From Saccharofermentanales bacterium (GTDB lineage Bacteria > Bacillota > Clostridia > Saccharofermentanales > DTU023), in assembly GCA_050951925.1 (NCBI GenBank), contig JBMNJZ010000001.1, forward strand, positions 1,427,015 through 1,491,014: a stretch of DNA of 64,000 nucleotides, read 5' to 3'. Position numbers and translations under genes: made by a program. How positions within the stretch are numbered: position 1 is the first letter of the stretch; every line of letters starts with the position of its first letter. The notes beneath the pieces were generated by a model. The model ran no database searches and had not been told where the DNA came from. It worked only from the letters and a program-made list of their open reading frames with translations. Shown here in pieces: positions 28,994 through 38,369 of the stretch.

Positions 28994-29860
28994 ATGGATA
29001 CTAATATACTTAAATACATGGCTTTTATTAAAACTGTGGAGACAGGCAGCTTTACTAAAGCTGCTGCCGCTCTTAATTATTCACAGTCTGGTATTAGCCG
29101 GATGATCAACGACCTGGAGAAAGAATGGGGCATTGCTCTAATGGAGCGAAGCAGAGCCGGAGTGCACCTAACCTCGGATGGAATGCAACTTCTGCCTCAT
29201 GCCAAAAATCTCTGTGCCGCCTATCACAAATTGCAAATGCAAATTGATGAGTTGAGTGACCTGCAAGCCGGTCTGATTCGCATTGCAGCCTTGACCAGCG
29301 TCGCTACCCATTGGCTGCCGAATATCATTAAAGAGTTCCAGAAGGACTATCCAAATATTGACTATGAGCTGGTTCTGGGGGATTATAACGAAATTGGAGA
29401 GTGGGTATCCGACGGTGCGGTGGATTGCGGTTTCACGCGCCTGCCCACACTACCGGGTCTAGAGACAATTTTTCTCGATCAGGATAAGAATATAGCCATT
29501 TTGCCTGAGGGACATCCTCTGGCAGGTCTTGACAAAGTTCCGGTAGCTTCTTTATGTGACTACCCTTTCTTGCTCCTGGAAAAAGGCTCTAAGGCTGAAA
29601 TTTCTGAAATATTTGAAAGTTACGGTTTGACACCGAAAATATTCTTCACCACCTGGGATGATTATGCCATTATGTCTATGGTTGAAAGCGGCCTGGGTAT
29701 TAGTGTCCTGCCACAATTAGTATTGAAGCGTGTTCCCTACCGAATAGTTCTCAAAGAGCTGGATGTTCCTGCTGCTCGTGATATCGGACTTGTCCTTAAA
29801 GACAAGAAAACCGCTTCTTTAGCAGTCAAGCGGTTTCTTGATTATTTGCACTATAGATAA
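28994..29860 (+). CDS. LysR-family transcriptional regulator
   Basis: N-terminal wHTH (FIKTVETGSFTKAAAALNYSQSGISRMINDLE) plus a LysR substrate-binding domain. Confidence 0.88.
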   Translation: MDTNILKYMAFIKTVETGSFTKAAAALNYSQSGISRMINDLEKEWGIALMERSRAGVHLTSDGMQLLPHAKNLCAAYHKLQMQIDELSDLQAGLIRIAALTSVATHWLPNIIKEFQKDYPNIDYELVLGDYNEIGEWVSDGAVDCGFTRLPTLPGLETIFLDQDKNIAILPEGHPLAGLDKVPVASLCDYPFLLLEKGSKAEISEIFESYGLTPKIFFTTWDDYAIMSMVESGLGISVLPQLVLKRVPYRIVLKELDVPAARDIGLVLKDKKTASLAVKRFLDYLHYR

Positions 29861-29907
29861 TTCCGAGCCGGCAAGGATTAAGCAGAATACTGCTAATCCT
29901 CACTGTT

Positions 29908-30873
29908 CTAATCATCTGTCAGGGTTCTTTGATATACAGTCCAGGTATCCAGAATCAAAACAATGGCAAATAAGCCAATTACAGTAATCGCAGATACTTT
30001 CTGATTCATGGCGTCTAGATACGATTTAATAACAGCTATTTTTACAACATTGAAAAAGAAAAGCGCCGCTGAACCAAAGGCCAGCAGATTTGTCACAATA
30101 TTGGCCGCAAATATAAGCTTATCCCAGCGGGGATGCACCAGGCGTACGATAGATTCAAGAATAATTACACTAAAAAAAATCATAATCCATGGCCATAAAC
30201 CCTGCCAGTTAGGATTTGCTTGCACCAATACCTCAGAGATAAAACCGGAAGCAGAAACGGAAGCAATTCGGACCAGAAGCTCCGGCAGATACATCAGCAA
30301 GATCATTGCAAAAGCATTAATAAGCAAGGAAAGCACAGTTTTAACTCTGGAGATCCGATTTTTATCTGTCTGGCTTGGCATTAAATCAGCTACCGTCCAT
30401 TCCTGGCCCTTGATAGGTATCTGCGTCTTATCCATGACCAGATACACAATGAATGTGATTAAAGATGCATACATAGTTGCTTCAACAATATCGTATTCTC
30501 TCAGGAAGACAATTTTCTCCATACAGCTGTTTAAAGTCACGGCAAAAAAAGCTATTGAAATAATCAGGTAAATAGCAATGGTAGCCCAGAGTATAGCAGG
30601 CAGAGTGCGCACAAACGATTTATAATAGACACCCTTCAGCAAACCTTTGCTTTTCCCAGCTTTTTTAGCCGCTAATTCCCGAGGATCGCCCAACTCATTG
30701 AGAACATCTTCTACAGCTTTAAACTCATGTATTCCCTGAGCCAGCTTAGTCTGATATAGCTCCTGAACTTCGTGTTCTAACTTATTTCTCTCTTCGGCAC
30801 GAATTTCCTCCGGCCAACTCTTAGCATATCGATCTAAGTACCGCATCATAAGATCCTGAGCACTAATCTGCAT
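29908..30873 (-). CDS. Polytopic membrane protein with an N-terminal DUF1700/HAAS-like helical domain
   Basis: The N-terminal ~75 aa resemble DUF1700 (…ELGDPRELAAK), followed by about 6 TM helices. Start set at MQISAQ (SD GGGAGG). Confidence 0.4.
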   Translation of the reverse strand: MQISAQDLMMRYLDRYAKSWPEEIRAEERNKLEHEVQELYQTKLAQGIHEFKAVEDVLNELGDPRELAAKKAGKSKGLLKGVYYKSFVRTLPAILWATIAIYLIISIAFFAVTLNSCMEKIVFLREYDIVEATMYASLITFIVYLVMDKTQIPIKGQEWTVADLMPSQTDKNRISRVKTVLSLLINAFAMILLMYLPELLVRIASVSASGFISEVLVQANPNWQGLWPWIMIFFSVIILESIVRLVHPRWDKLIFAANIVTNLLAFGSAALFFFNVVKIAVIKSYLDAMNQKVSAITVIGLFAIVLILDTWTVYQRTLTDD

Positions 30874-31018
30874 CACAATCCTCCCAATATAAAATTTTGC
30901 GTGAAGCCATTTTATCAGTATTGGATCATTATTGATAGTTAATATAGGTAATTGCACCTGAATTATCTTCAAAATTTAGTGTGTTTTTATACATTACGTT
31001 GATTTGGTTCAATAATAC

Positions 31019-31257
31019 TTGACCTTTTTTGATCTCAAACGTACGATAATCGACAATACAAAAGGAGAACCTTATGAGACAACGATCCAGCAGCTTCAAC
31101 TTTTTTTGCTACCTGAGACGACGTCTGTAGTCGGGTTCACTCGGGATGCAGACGTACGTCTAGCATCCCGGTGGCTAAAAACCAGCCTTCCGGGAGACCG
31201 GAAGGGATCAAGTAATTGCCCGCCCGGTCAACAAAAATTGACCGGGCGGTTTTTATT
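31019..31257 (+). promoter_or_regulatory. Promoter plus about 200-nt structured leader ending in a strong intrinsic terminator, upstream of the ABC importer operon
   Basis: TTGACC (31019-31024), 17 nt, TACGAT (31042-31047). Mutually exclusive hairpins follow. The terminator is CCGCCCGGTCAA-CAAAAA-TTGACCGGGCGG plus TTTTT (31220-31257). A 18-aa ORF (31074-31130) with SD AAAGGAGAA encodes MRQRSSSFNFFCYLRRRL. Confidence 0.6.
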
Positions 31258-31276
31258 CTCCGCAAGGGAGGAAACT

Positions 31277-32332
31277 ATGAAAAAGCACTTAGTACTGATT
31301 TCTTTACTAGTAGCACTGGCATTGCTAGCCGGTTGTACTCAGTCCGCCAACAAGGCTGACTCTCAAGAAAAAGATCCGAGTCAAGAGATCAATGCGCCAA
31401 ATGATGACACTGAACAAGTTGATGCAACTACCGATAGTGCCGGCACCACTGTCGTTGACAACAAAGTAATTAAAATTGGCATTTTACAGCTTATGGCTCA
31501 TGAATCACTTGATTCTGCCTGTACAGGCTTTCTCGACCGCCTGGCGGAAACCGGCTATAGAGATGGAGAAAATATCTCTGTAATCATGCAAAATGCTTTC
31601 GGTGAACAGGCCAATCTCAAGAGCATGGCGGAAAAGCTTTTGCGGGAATGCGACTTGGTTCTGGCAATTACCACTCCTGCTGCACAAACAGTGGTAGGTT
31701 TGTCGCCAAGTATTCCTGTTCTCTTTACAGCCGTTACCGATCCGATAGATGCGGGATTGGTAGAAACACTGGAACAACCCGGGCGCGAAGTTACAGGCAC
31801 CAGTGATCAAGCTCCCGTAGATCGCCAGATTGATCTCTTGCTCTCATTGAAAGAAATGTCACATATCGGTTTGATTTACAACGCCGCCGAGCCGAACTCC
31901 GTTTTACAGGCCGCAGAGGCCGAAGCTCAGATTGAGAAAGCGGGTAAGAAGGTAGTCGCAGTCACAGTAGCTTCTACAAATGATGTCCAGCAGGCAATGA
32001 CAACATTAGTAACCAAAGTTGATGGCATCTACATACCTACTGACAATACAATGGCCAGTACAGCCGCGGCAAGCGGCATGATTGCGCAAGAAGCCGGGAT
32101 CCCTATTGTAGCGGGTTCTATCGATCAGACTGCAGTGGGCGGAACCGCAACTATCGGCATCAGCTATTATGACTTGGGCAGGCAAACTGCTGACCAGGCT
32201 CTAAAAATACTGACCGGAGAAAAGAAAGCTTCCGAAATCGCGGTTGGTTTTGCGGATAATCTGGAATTATTCGTCAATCAAGAATATGCGGTTGCAATCG
32301 GGATTGATCCGGATTCAATAACAATTCCCTAA
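31277..32332 (+). CDS. ABC transporter substrate-binding lipoprotein (PF04392-type ABC_sub_bind family)
   Basis: Signal peptide with lipobox LLAGC. IGILQLMAHESLD...AITTPAAQ resembles the PF04392 family. Start at ATG 31277 (SD AGGGAGG). The track N-terminal extension is leader RNA. Confidence 0.75.
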   Translation: MKKHLVLISLLVALALLAGCTQSANKADSQEKDPSQEINAPNDDTEQVDATTDSAGTTVVDNKVIKIGILQLMAHESLDSACTGFLDRLAETGYRDGENISVIMQNAFGEQANLKSMAEKLLRECDLVLAITTPAAQTVVGLSPSIPVLFTAVTDPIDAGLVETLEQPGREVTGTSDQAPVDRQIDLLLSLKEMSHIGLIYNAAEPNSVLQAAEAEAQIEKAGKKVVAVTVASTNDVQQAMTTLVTKVDGIYIPTDNTMASTAAASGMIAQEAGIPIVAGSIDQTAVGGTATIGISYYDLGRQTADQALKILTGEKKASEIAVGFADNLELFVNQEYAVAIGIDPDSITIP

Positions 32333-32343
32333 GGAGATTACAC

Positions 32344-33234
32344 ATGCTGAATATTATCCTCTCATCAGTATCTCAAGGTTTCCTTTGGGCAGTGATGGCG
32401 ATAGGGGTATATATTATGTATCGCATACTCGACATCGCTGATTTGTCCGCTGAAGGCACATTCCCATTAGGCGCAGTAGTTGCCGCCAAAGCAATTGCGA
32501 CCGGATTATCTCCCTGGCTGGCAATTGCTTTGAGCCTGATAGCGGGGATGATCACTGGAATTATAGCAGGATTCATACACACAAAGCTGAAAATACCCGG
32601 TTTACTAACAGGCATACTTGTCTTGACAGGACTTTATTCGGTTAATCTGCGAATTCTCGGTGCGCCAAATATAACATTGCTGGGGAAAGAGACAATCATC
32701 TCACAGTTGCGCACTATAGTGGACAATCGAAATGTTGCGGCTCTGATTCTGGGAACCACAATCACTTTGATTATTACGCTGATACTAATCCTCTTTCTGA
32801 AAAGCGAAGTAGGACTGGCCTTGCGGGCAACCGGCGCCAATGAAATTATGGCAGTTGCCAATGCAATCGCTACAGATTCAATGAAGATAATCGGTTATGC
32901 TCTGGCTAACGGAACTATCGCACTGGCCGGTGCTCTGCTAGCGCAAAATTATGGTTATGCTGATGTTGGAATGGGAATCGGAACCATAGTGATCGGGCTG
33001 GCCTCGATAATTATCGGTGAGAGATTGTTGGGAGCTTCTTCACTATTACGCTCATTACTGGCAGTCGTATCCGGTGCCGTTATTTATAGAATCGTAATCG
33101 ATACCGTACTATATCTCGGTGTCAATCCTCAGGATATCAAGCTTTATTCTGCCATTGTACTCGCCATTGTGCTCTGGTTGGGCCACCGTACCAAGGAAAA
33201 CAATTTGGGAAGGGGGAAATCTTATGCTGCTTAA
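32344..33234 (+). CDS. ABC transporter permease (BPD_transp_2-like)
   Basis: About 8-10 TM helices. Operon partner of the PF04392 SBP and the ATPase. Confidence 0.75.
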   Translation: MLNIILSSVSQGFLWAVMAIGVYIMYRILDIADLSAEGTFPLGAVVAAKAIATGLSPWLAIALSLIAGMITGIIAGFIHTKLKIPGLLTGILVLTGLYSVNLRILGAPNITLLGKETIISQLRTIVDNRNVAALILGTTITLIITLILILFLKSEVGLALRATGANEIMAVANAIATDSMKIIGYALANGTIALAGALLAQNYGYADVGMGIGTIVIGLASIIIGERLLGASSLLRSLLAVVSGAVIYRIVIDTVLYLGVNPQDIKLYSAIVLAIVLWLGHRTKENNLGRGKSYAA

Positions 33235-33994
33235 ACTTGATTCAGTCAAAAAAACCTTTTGCTCGCAGACAGTAAATGAAACTGCTGTTTTGGCCGACTT
33301 AACCTTTTATGTCGAAGAGGGAGAATTTATCTCTATTCTCGGCAGCAACGGCACAGGTAAATCAACTCTTTTGAATTTAATTGCCGGGATTGAACGTCCC
33401 GACGAGGGAGAAATAGAGTTTTGCGGCCAGAATGTATTGAAACAATCGCCTCGCAAGTTGGCCGCTGACATTGGACGAGTCTTTCAGGATCCCAAAAGCG
33501 GAACCGCGGGAAATCTATCCATTCAGGAAAATCTGGCAATTGCCTCCCGGCGCGGGAATAAAAACACTCTGCGTCGCGGCGTTTCTCCCCAAGCTAAAGC
33601 TAGCTTCAGGGACGCCCTGTCAGATCTTGGTCTTGGTTTAGAGGATCGACTTTCCACACCGGCAGGAGTTCTCTCCGGGGGACAAAGACAAGTCTTGACA
33701 CTTTTAATGGCGACGATAAAAAAACCGCGACTGCTTTTACTTGATGAGCATACGGCAGCACTTGATCCTGCAACCAGCCAAATAGTATCGGAGATGACAG
33801 ACCGCATAGTTAAACAATATGGGCAAACTACGCTTATGGTCACCCACAATGTCGATGCTGCAATAAAGTACGGCAGCAGATTGATCATGTTAAATCGAGG
33901 CCGGATTGTAGCTGATGTCAGAGGTAATGAGAAACAGTCCCTATGTAAGGATGAAGTGCTAGCACTTTATCATAATGAATTGGATTGGGAATAG
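33224..33994 (+). CDS. ABC transporter ATP-binding protein
   Basis: Walker A GSNGTGKST, signature LSGGQRQ, Walker B LLLLDEH. Start at MLLKLDS (SD GGGGGAAA), overlapping the permease end. Confidence 0.85.
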   Translation: MLLKLDSVKKTFCSQTVNETAVLADLTFYVEEGEFISILGSNGTGKSTLLNLIAGIERPDEGEIEFCGQNVLKQSPRKLAADIGRVFQDPKSGTAGNLSIQENLAIASRRGNKNTLRRGVSPQAKASFRDALSDLGLGLEDRLSTPAGVLSGGQRQVLTLLMATIKKPRLLLLDEHTAALDPATSQIVSEMTDRIVKQYGQTTLMVTHNVDAAIKYGSRLIMLNRGRIVADVRGNEKQSLCKDEVLALYHNELDWE

Positions 33995-34020
33995 CAGAAG
34001 CTCTAAGTCCGAATGATTGA

Positions 34021-34059
34021 GCAAAACAGGGGTCGTTCTAAAATAGAACAACCTCTGTT
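34021..34059 (-). terminator. Intrinsic terminator after pnp, between convergent genes
   Basis: Imperfect 16-bp hairpin (AACAGAGGTTGTTCTA/TAGAACGACCCCTGTT on minus) followed by TTTTGC on the minus strand. Confidence 0.6.
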
Positions 34060-34102
34060 CTGCAAACAATGGTACCGTTGTTAATTCAAAATGCGAACAA
34101 GC

Positions 34103-36424
34103 TCAGAAATCTCTTTGATTTCTGGGCTTTGAACGCTCTCGGCGGCTTGAAAGTTTCCGGCCGGAATCAGTCTCCTGATCAGGAAAATCACGTCTGTCTC
34201 TTCTGCCGCCTGCTTTTCTATCCGGATCACTCTTAGTCCTGCCGCCGCTGGGATTTGATCTGGCACTGTCTCGCCGGTCACGTCGTCTGCCACCCTCTTC
34301 AGCGCCGGAATTCGCACTTTCCGGCTTTTCCATCAGATCCCGCATTGAGAGATTGAGTCTGCCTTGCGAATCAATCTCAGTTACAACAACCTTTACCGAT
34401 TGTCCCGGTTCTACGGCATCTTCCACACGCTCAATCCGCTGCCACGACATCTTAGAAATATGTACCAGGCCTTCTCTGCCCGGCGCGATTTCCACAAATG
34501 CCCCAAAGGGCATCAGACGGGTTACAACTCCTTCAAATTCAGCGCCCGGTTCAGGATCAAGCGCTATTGCCTTGATCAATTTGATAGCTTCAGAAGCATT
34601 TTTCTGATTTGGGGACGATATGTACACATGTCCGACCGGACCATCCTCTTCAATATCAATCTCAGTATCAGTCTCTTCAGTTATCCGGCGAATCACTTTA
34701 CCACCGGAACCGATAACTTCGCGTATTTTATCTGATGGAATGTCAATAATCTCAATTTTTGGAGCCCATTCCGAAAGTTCTGCTCTGGGCTCCGGAATTA
34801 CAGGTAGAATCACTTCATCAATAATCTTATGTCTGCCCTGTCGTGTAATTTCTAAAGCGTCCCGAATCATATCATAGCTAAGGCCATCGATTTTAATATC
34901 CACCTGGATAGCTGTAATCCCGTCCTTGGTACCAGCTACTTTGAAATCCATATCACCGAAGAAGTCTTCAATTCCTTGAATATCAATAAAAACCAGATAA
35001 TCATCTTCGTCCGCCTCATTTACAATCAAACCACTGGATATGCCAGCCACCGGCTTGGTAATGGGAACACCGGCAGCCATCAACGCCAGAGTTGAAGCAC
35101 AGACTGCACCCTGCGAGGTAGAACCATTCGACATCGTAATTTCAGAAACATTGCGAATAGAATAAGGGAAATCGTCTTCAGACGGCAATACGGGTAGCAA
35201 GGCACGTTCAGCTAAGGCGCCATGACCAATTTCACGTCTGCCCGGCGAGCGATTGGGTCTGGCTTCGCCAACACTATAAGATGGGAAATTATAATGATGG
35301 ATATATCGTTTCTTCTCTTGAATTGTCGTGCCGTCCAAACGCTGAGCATCAGATGGCGTACCAAGTGTACAAATTGTTAGAACTTGTGTTTGCCCACGCT
35401 CAAATAAGCCACAGCCGTGAACTCTGGGGATTATGTCTACCCGGGCTGAGAGCGGACGTATCTCATCCAAGGCTCGTCCGTCTACCCTGCGTTTTTCTCG
35501 AAAAAGATAGTCTCGAACAACATTTTTTTCTACAGCATCAAGGACATCTGAAGTCCAGACACCCCAATCATCATTAATCGAAACCAAGTGTTTTTCCAGC
35601 TCTTCCTTCAATTTTTTGAGGTTAAGATCTCTTACGGATTTGTCGGAGCTTAAAACGGCAGTTCTCATCTTATCCCAAAGGTATCCCCTGCCCTCTGCCA
35701 AAATTTCCTCGGGAACAGCAACAGATTCGTAGACAAATTTTTCCTTGCCTATTTCGTCTTGCATTGTCTGCAATAAGTGGCAGATGCCAATGATTTCCTG
35801 ATGCCCCTTAATGATAGCCTGCATCATATCTTCTTCCGAAATTTCGCAGGCACCGGCTTCAATCATGCATACTTTTTCTTTGGTACCGGCAATAAAAAGA
35901 TCCAAAGTGCTGGCCTCAGCCTGCTCCAGATTGGGATTAATAACAATCTCACCTTCTATCATTCCCACTTGTACTCCGGCAACAGGACCTTTCCAGGGGA
36001 TGTCAGAAATCATGATAGCAGCTGCAGTACCAATTAAGGCTACTACCTGCGGGGAATTATCATGATCGATAGACAGGGCGAGGTTGCTGACCACAACGTC
36101 GTTGCGCAAATCAGCAGGAAATAAGGGTCTAATCGGTCTATCAACCGATCGTGCTATCAGGATTGCATTTTCTGATGGGCGTCCTTCGCGTTTTAGATAA
36201 CCACCGGGTATTTTGCCCACCCCATACATTTTCTCTTCATAGTCCACTGATAGGGGGAAATAGTCGATACCCTCGCGCGGTGAGTCTGTTGCAGTTACAG
36301 TCGAAAGAATTGTCGTGTCGCCATAACGCACCAAAACAGCGCCATTGGCAAATTGAGCAAGCTCTCCCGTTTCCAGCAGCAATTTACGACCATTTAAGTC
36401 GTATTCAAACATTCTTTTTGTCAT
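34103..36424 (-). CDS. pnp: Polyribonucleotide nucleotidyltransferase (PNPase) with a ~75-aa Arg-rich C-terminal tail
   Basis: Two RNase PH domains, KH and S1 domains recognisable. The tail is GGRRRDRRDSARS...RRERSKPRNQRDF. Confidence 0.93.
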   Translation of the reverse strand: MTKRMFEYDLNGRKLLLETGELAQFANGAVLVRYGDTTILSTVTATDSPREGIDYFPLSVDYEEKMYGVGKIPGGYLKREGRPSENAILIARSVDRPIRPLFPADLRNDVVVSNLALSIDHDNSPQVVALIGTAAAIMISDIPWKGPVAGVQVGMIEGEIVINPNLEQAEASTLDLFIAGTKEKVCMIEAGACEISEEDMMQAIIKGHQEIIGICHLLQTMQDEIGKEKFVYESVAVPEEILAEGRGYLWDKMRTAVLSSDKSVRDLNLKKLKEELEKHLVSINDDWGVWTSDVLDAVEKNVVRDYLFREKRRVDGRALDEIRPLSARVDIIPRVHGCGLFERGQTQVLTICTLGTPSDAQRLDGTTIQEKKRYIHHYNFPSYSVGEARPNRSPGRREIGHGALAERALLPVLPSEDDFPYSIRNVSEITMSNGSTSQGAVCASTLALMAAGVPITKPVAGISSGLIVNEADEDDYLVFIDIQGIEDFFGDMDFKVAGTKDGITAIQVDIKIDGLSYDMIRDALEITRQGRHKIIDEVILPVIPEPRAELSEWAPKIEIIDIPSDKIREVIGSGGKVIRRITEETDTEIDIEEDGPVGHVYISSPNQKNASEAIKLIKAIALDPEPGAEFEGVVTRLMPFGAFVEIAPGREGLVHISKMSWQRIERVEDAVEPGQSVKVVVTEIDSQGRLNLSMRDLMEKPESANSGAEEGGRRRDRRDSARSNPSGGRTKSDPDRKAGGRRDRRDFPDQETDSGRKLSSRRERSKPRNQRDF

Positions 36425-36471
36425 TCAATTTTCCTCTCTTCAAAATGTCACAGAAAATTATTGATCAACAA

Positions 36472-36560
36472 GATGTAGTAGGTAGATTCTGCATCGGTGC
36501 CATTAAGACAGGATTCTCTACATCCCACATAGAACCGATGCACAATCTACGTCCTACATT
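36472..36560 (-). promoter_or_regulatory. Long imperfect hairpin in the rpsO-pnp intergenic / pnp 5' leader
   Basis: Minus strand: GTAGGACGTAGATTGTGCATCGGT ... ACCGATGCAGAATCTACCTACTAC (about 22 bp with mismatches), 40-50 nt upstream of the pnp start. Confidence 0.55.
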
Positions 36561-36590
36561 CATGTTGTCCCATTAACTAAAGTAAGGGAA

Positions 36591-36612
36591 AGCCGGCATA
36601 TACACGCCGGCT
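36591..36612 (-). terminator. Hairpin after rpsO (partial terminator/attenuator)
   Basis: Minus strand: AGCCGGC-GTGTATAT-GCCGGCT followed by an interrupted T-rich tract (TTCCCTTACTTT). Confidence 0.45.
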
Positions 36613-36616
36613 ATCA

Positions 36617-36880
36617 TTACTTTCTGATATTCAGTCTGGCAATTAATTGACGATATTTTTCGATGTCTTTGCTAGCAAGATAGTCTAACAAACCACGTCT
36701 TTTACCTACCATCATCAACAGTCCGCGCCTTGAATGGTGATCATTTTCATGCTCTTGCAAATGTTGTGTTAGATGATTAATCCGATACGTCAATAATGCA
36801 ATCTGAACTTCAGGAGAGCCGGTATCATTCTCGTGGGTAGCATAGCTCTCCATGATTTCTTTCTTTACTTTTTTGTCCAT
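36617..36880 (-). CDS. rpsO: 30S ribosomal protein S15
   Basis: 87-aa sequence typical of S15 ([28 protein letters not shown]). Confidence 0.93.
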   Translation of the reverse strand: MDKKVKKEIMESYATHENDTGSPEVQIALLTYRINHLTQHLQEHENDHHSRRGLLMMVGKRRGLLDYLASKDIEKYRQLIARLNIRK

Positions 36881-36944
36881 AAAACCTCCAAATATTCCTA
36901 AAACCCAGTAGATGGCCGGACAAACCAGTTAACCGAGTACAGGA

Positions 36945-36972
36945 AACTCCAAGTATTATAGCATATAATAAG
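36945..36972 (-). promoter_or_regulatory. Sigma-70-type promoter of rpsO
   Basis: Minus strand: TTGTCA, 16 nt, TATAAT. Confidence 0.55.
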
Positions 36973-37046
36973 CGCGTGACAATATATTGTGAATAAGCCA
37001 ATTAGCTATTTCTATGCCTTTAAATCAAAAGAATATTTATCTTGGC

Positions 37047-38366
37047 TTAAATATCTTTTCTATCATTCTGATTCTGAAGCCAATGTATTTGGCAGGATCG
37101 CTCATTGGGCACTGTACCGGAAACAACCTCGAAGAGCAATCTTCTTAATAAATCACCTATTTGTCTACCCTGTTTTAAGTTCAGTATCTGCATAATATCC
37201 TCACCATTGATTTTAAGGTCAGAAACCGAAATTGGTAAATTTTCTGACATATAGCTGTGAAACAAATGGGAAAAACTCTCGATCTTATGTCTATTGACGC
37301 CTGAAAGATATTGAGCACAGATTAAAAATAATTTTATATTATTGGCTCCATAACCGATTAAGATTTTATGTATTAATTGACGTTCCTCAGACTCGTAAAA
37401 AGCGCTAACGTCAGGCCAGATTATTTTTTCGATATCGAGAATTAAATTGAATAGCGCCATAGCGGCTTTGCAAAATTGTCTGCTATAGTGCAAATCAGCC
37501 AACACCGTCATAAATTCGTCTCTGGAAGCTTCACTATTTTCAGCCAGAATAATCATCTGCAACAGTGTCGGATGATCCAAATTTACCGCCGCAGAAACAA
37601 CATTTTCTTGCTCTTGAACATCTAGGCACCATACTTGCTTTTTAAGACGGCTGATATAGGGAATAAATACAGAAATAATTTCTTTGTTCCCCTGTACAAT
37701 CTCAAGCCATTTTTGACCCAGTAATATTTGATTCCATTCAGAGGCAATACGTTCCCCGGCAATTCTTAGCAGACTATATCTATATCGGTGCATGGCTGAT
37801 CCGGTGGCATCCTCTATGCTGAAATCCAGAATCGCAGCAAATCTTAATGCCCGCAGAATGCGCAAAGGATCCTCAGCAAATCTATCCTCAGGATTGCCTA
37901 CCGCCCGGATGACTCCTGCCGTCAGATCGGCTATCCCGCCGGCCTCATCAAAAATACCGCGGTCCGGATGCCAGGCTATCGTATTGATGGTAAAGTCCCT
38001 GCGCTTAAGATCCCGGGATAAACTATCCGAATAACTGATCCGGTCCGGATGTCTAAAATCACTATAGTCTGATTCTTGGCGGAAAGTTGTGATCTCACAT
38101 TTGAGCTGACTATCAAGTCTAACCGTAGCAGTGCCAAAATTTAAACCGGTGGCTATAACCTTGTATCCGGCATCCGATAAAATATTGCAAACTTGCTCCG
38201 GCAGTGCCGCTGTCGCTAAATCAAAATCATCATTTGCCCTGCCCAACAGAACATTTCTTACAGCTCCTCCCACCAGCCAAGTTTCATATCCTGCTATTTC
38301 CAGCAGACTGATTAGTGCAAGGACTTTCCGGGGAAAATGATCAGCTGAAATAGTGTTTATCGCCAT
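37047..38366 (-). CDS. cca: tRNA nucleotidyltransferase (CCA-adding enzyme / poly(A) polymerase family)
   Basis: GGAVRNVLLG...DFDLAT head-domain motif and RDFTIN motif. Confidence 0.75.
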   Translation of the reverse strand: MAINTISADHFPRKVLALISLLEIAGYETWLVGGAVRNVLLGRANDDFDLATAALPEQVCNILSDAGYKVIATGLNFGTATVRLDSQLKCEITTFRQESDYSDFRHPDRISYSDSLSRDLKRRDFTINTIAWHPDRGIFDEAGGIADLTAGVIRAVGNPEDRFAEDPLRILRALRFAAILDFSIEDATGSAMHRYRYSLLRIAGERIASEWNQILLGQKWLEIVQGNKEIISVFIPYISRLKKQVWCLDVQEQENVVSAAVNLDHPTLLQMIILAENSEASRDEFMTVLADLHYSRQFCKAAMALFNLILDIEKIIWPDVSAFYESEERQLIHKILIGYGANNIKLFLICAQYLSGVNRHKIESFSHLFHSYMSENLPISVSDLKINGEDIMQILNLKQGRQIGDLLRRLLFEVVSGTVPNERSCQIHWLQNQNDRKDI

Positions 38367-38369
38367 TTT

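Noticed and set aside
31150-31215. T-box or ZTP-like element in the ABC importer leader (GGTGG and CCGGGCGG strings)
   Set aside because: The strings do not align with the T-box (AAnnnGGGTGGTACCGCG) or pfl/ZTP cores when the surrounding bases are considered. The element is left unclassified.
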